Assembly (NCBI GenBank): GCA_043228905.1
Contig: JBHGNT010001292.1
Coordinates: forward strand, 1-10,199
Length of the DNA stretch: 10,199 nucleotides
Origin: Azolla caroliniana
Lineage: Eukaryota; Plantae; Polypodiophyta
Direction: 5' to 3'
A program made the position numbers and the translations under genes. This document shows positions 8,953-10,199 of this stretch, in pieces. Position 1 is the stretch's first letter. Every line of letters begins with the position of its first letter. The notes below the pieces were generated by a model. That model had not been told where the DNA came from. It saw only the letters and a list, made by a program, of their open reading frames with translations, and made no database searches.

Positions 8953-10189
8953 CTAGAGCACAAGAAAAGGAAAAAGTAATCAGTGCAAAGAAGTGGGATA
9001 ATTTACATCAGAAACCAGGAGAGTGAAGACAATCAATCAGCACACACGCTAGGGTCTCTACCCTGGAGGAAAGCATACTCAAATTTTTTATGCAAAAACA
9101 TCATAAACCAAGAGATAAAAGGACCTTTATTATAGGGCATAAAGCTACAATATCAAAACAATCCGGACACCATCTAGGGTTTCCATCATTACACATGAAA
9201 GCATTACATAAAATTTTGATTTAAACAAAAAACTACAAGAAAACGGAATACCTTCCTAGGTCATAATACAGAAAAGCAAACCAACCATCATAAAGGCCAG
9301 GGTTTATTAATCATCACAAAGAGAAAGGGTTTCTATCATGTACGAAACAATACCCTGGGTTTCTGATGAATTTCGACATCAGAAACTAACATTTAAAAGA
9401 CCCCAGAAAGCTATGGTTAACACTATGCAAGAAAGCATTCCATAAATCTCTACTCCATTTTTGACATCAGACAAAGCAGGATAAAATCAATCAGCATAAA
9501 ATCCAGGGTTTCCATCATACAGGAAAGCATGGCACAAGCATCTGATGAGCTTGGAAGTTAGAGACAACACGTTATCGCCATCAGAAACCATGAGACAAAA
9601 ATTATAAATTCCTTATCCTAGGACATAAAGTCATAAAATGCAACACGATCAGAAACCTTATCGTTTTCTTGTTTTCTGATGTGAAAGATAATCAGAAACG
9701 TGTGTCGTTGTTTAAAAACAACTCAATGAACTCGCGGTCACATATTTAAGACTACTTTTTGAACATCAGAAGAAACTAAAAGACCTGAAGCTTAGGGTTC
9801 ACATGACAAATGTTTTCAAGAAAAAGCCAAGACCAACACAAAGATTGAAACTAAAGATTTGCGGGGAGATCCACAGGGATGGGTCAAGGAGAATCGAGAC
9901 TTCACAAGGATTTTCATCATCCATCAACCTGGCGTATCCAACCAAAAGATTTTTCCGGGATTGTTCGAGAGAAAGCTCATATCAAACTGACGGATCAACC
10001 TACATACATGAACAAAAGTTTTACTTGTCCAAGAAGACGAAGCTCATAGATCAATCTGAAGATCTCACATGGATGATTCAGGGAATAGGACATCCAAAAT
10101 CAAACTAAGGGTTTCACAAGGATGGTCGAAGAAGAAGCTTGATCAAAGCAAAGATGGATATGGAAGCAAAAAAGAGAGTGGAGACGCAC

Positions 10190-10199
10190 CTGGATTTTG
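10190..10199 (-). CDS. RUB1: Ubiquitin-RUB(NEDD8) fusion, 3' end of the upstream coding exon (..A-K-I-Q31 of ubiquitin); truncated by the window edge
   Basis: The minus strand reads C AAA ATC CAG|GTGCGT, i.e. K-I-Q followed by a GT donor at 10189. It joins in phase 0 to D-K-E-G-I-P-P at 8952, rebuilding ubiquitin KIQDKEGIPP. Only 10 nt are visible. Confidence 0.8.

Noticed and set aside
9803-10108. 101-aa plus-strand ORF
   Set aside because: It is antisense within the RUB intron and has no recognisable similarity to a known protein.

Overview
AT-rich land-plant nuclear DNA with two intron-containing housekeeping genes, both on the minus strand. At the right is a ubiquitin-RUB/NEDD8 fusion gene (RUB1/RUB2 type). 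The last 10 nt of a coding exon sit at 10190-10199, followed by exons at 8693-8952 and 7846-7963; its 5' end lies beyond the window. At the left is a small BAP29/BAP31-like (YET-like) ER membrane protein gene with exons at 4047-4218, 3636-3718 and 3477-3532. Its final exon could not be placed and probably lies left of position 1. The non-coding DNA holds a probable 173-bp solo LTR with a near-perfect target-site duplication, several local tandem duplications (75, about 130 and 137 bp), microsatellites, telo-boxes and a motif-rich first intron in the RUB gene. Most ORFs in the supplied track look spurious. I see no evidence for a new multi-gene system. The best leads are a Pro19-to-Leu change in the RUB moiety, a duplicated intronic element that keeps a hairpin, and a motif module shared by the 5'-most introns of the two genes.
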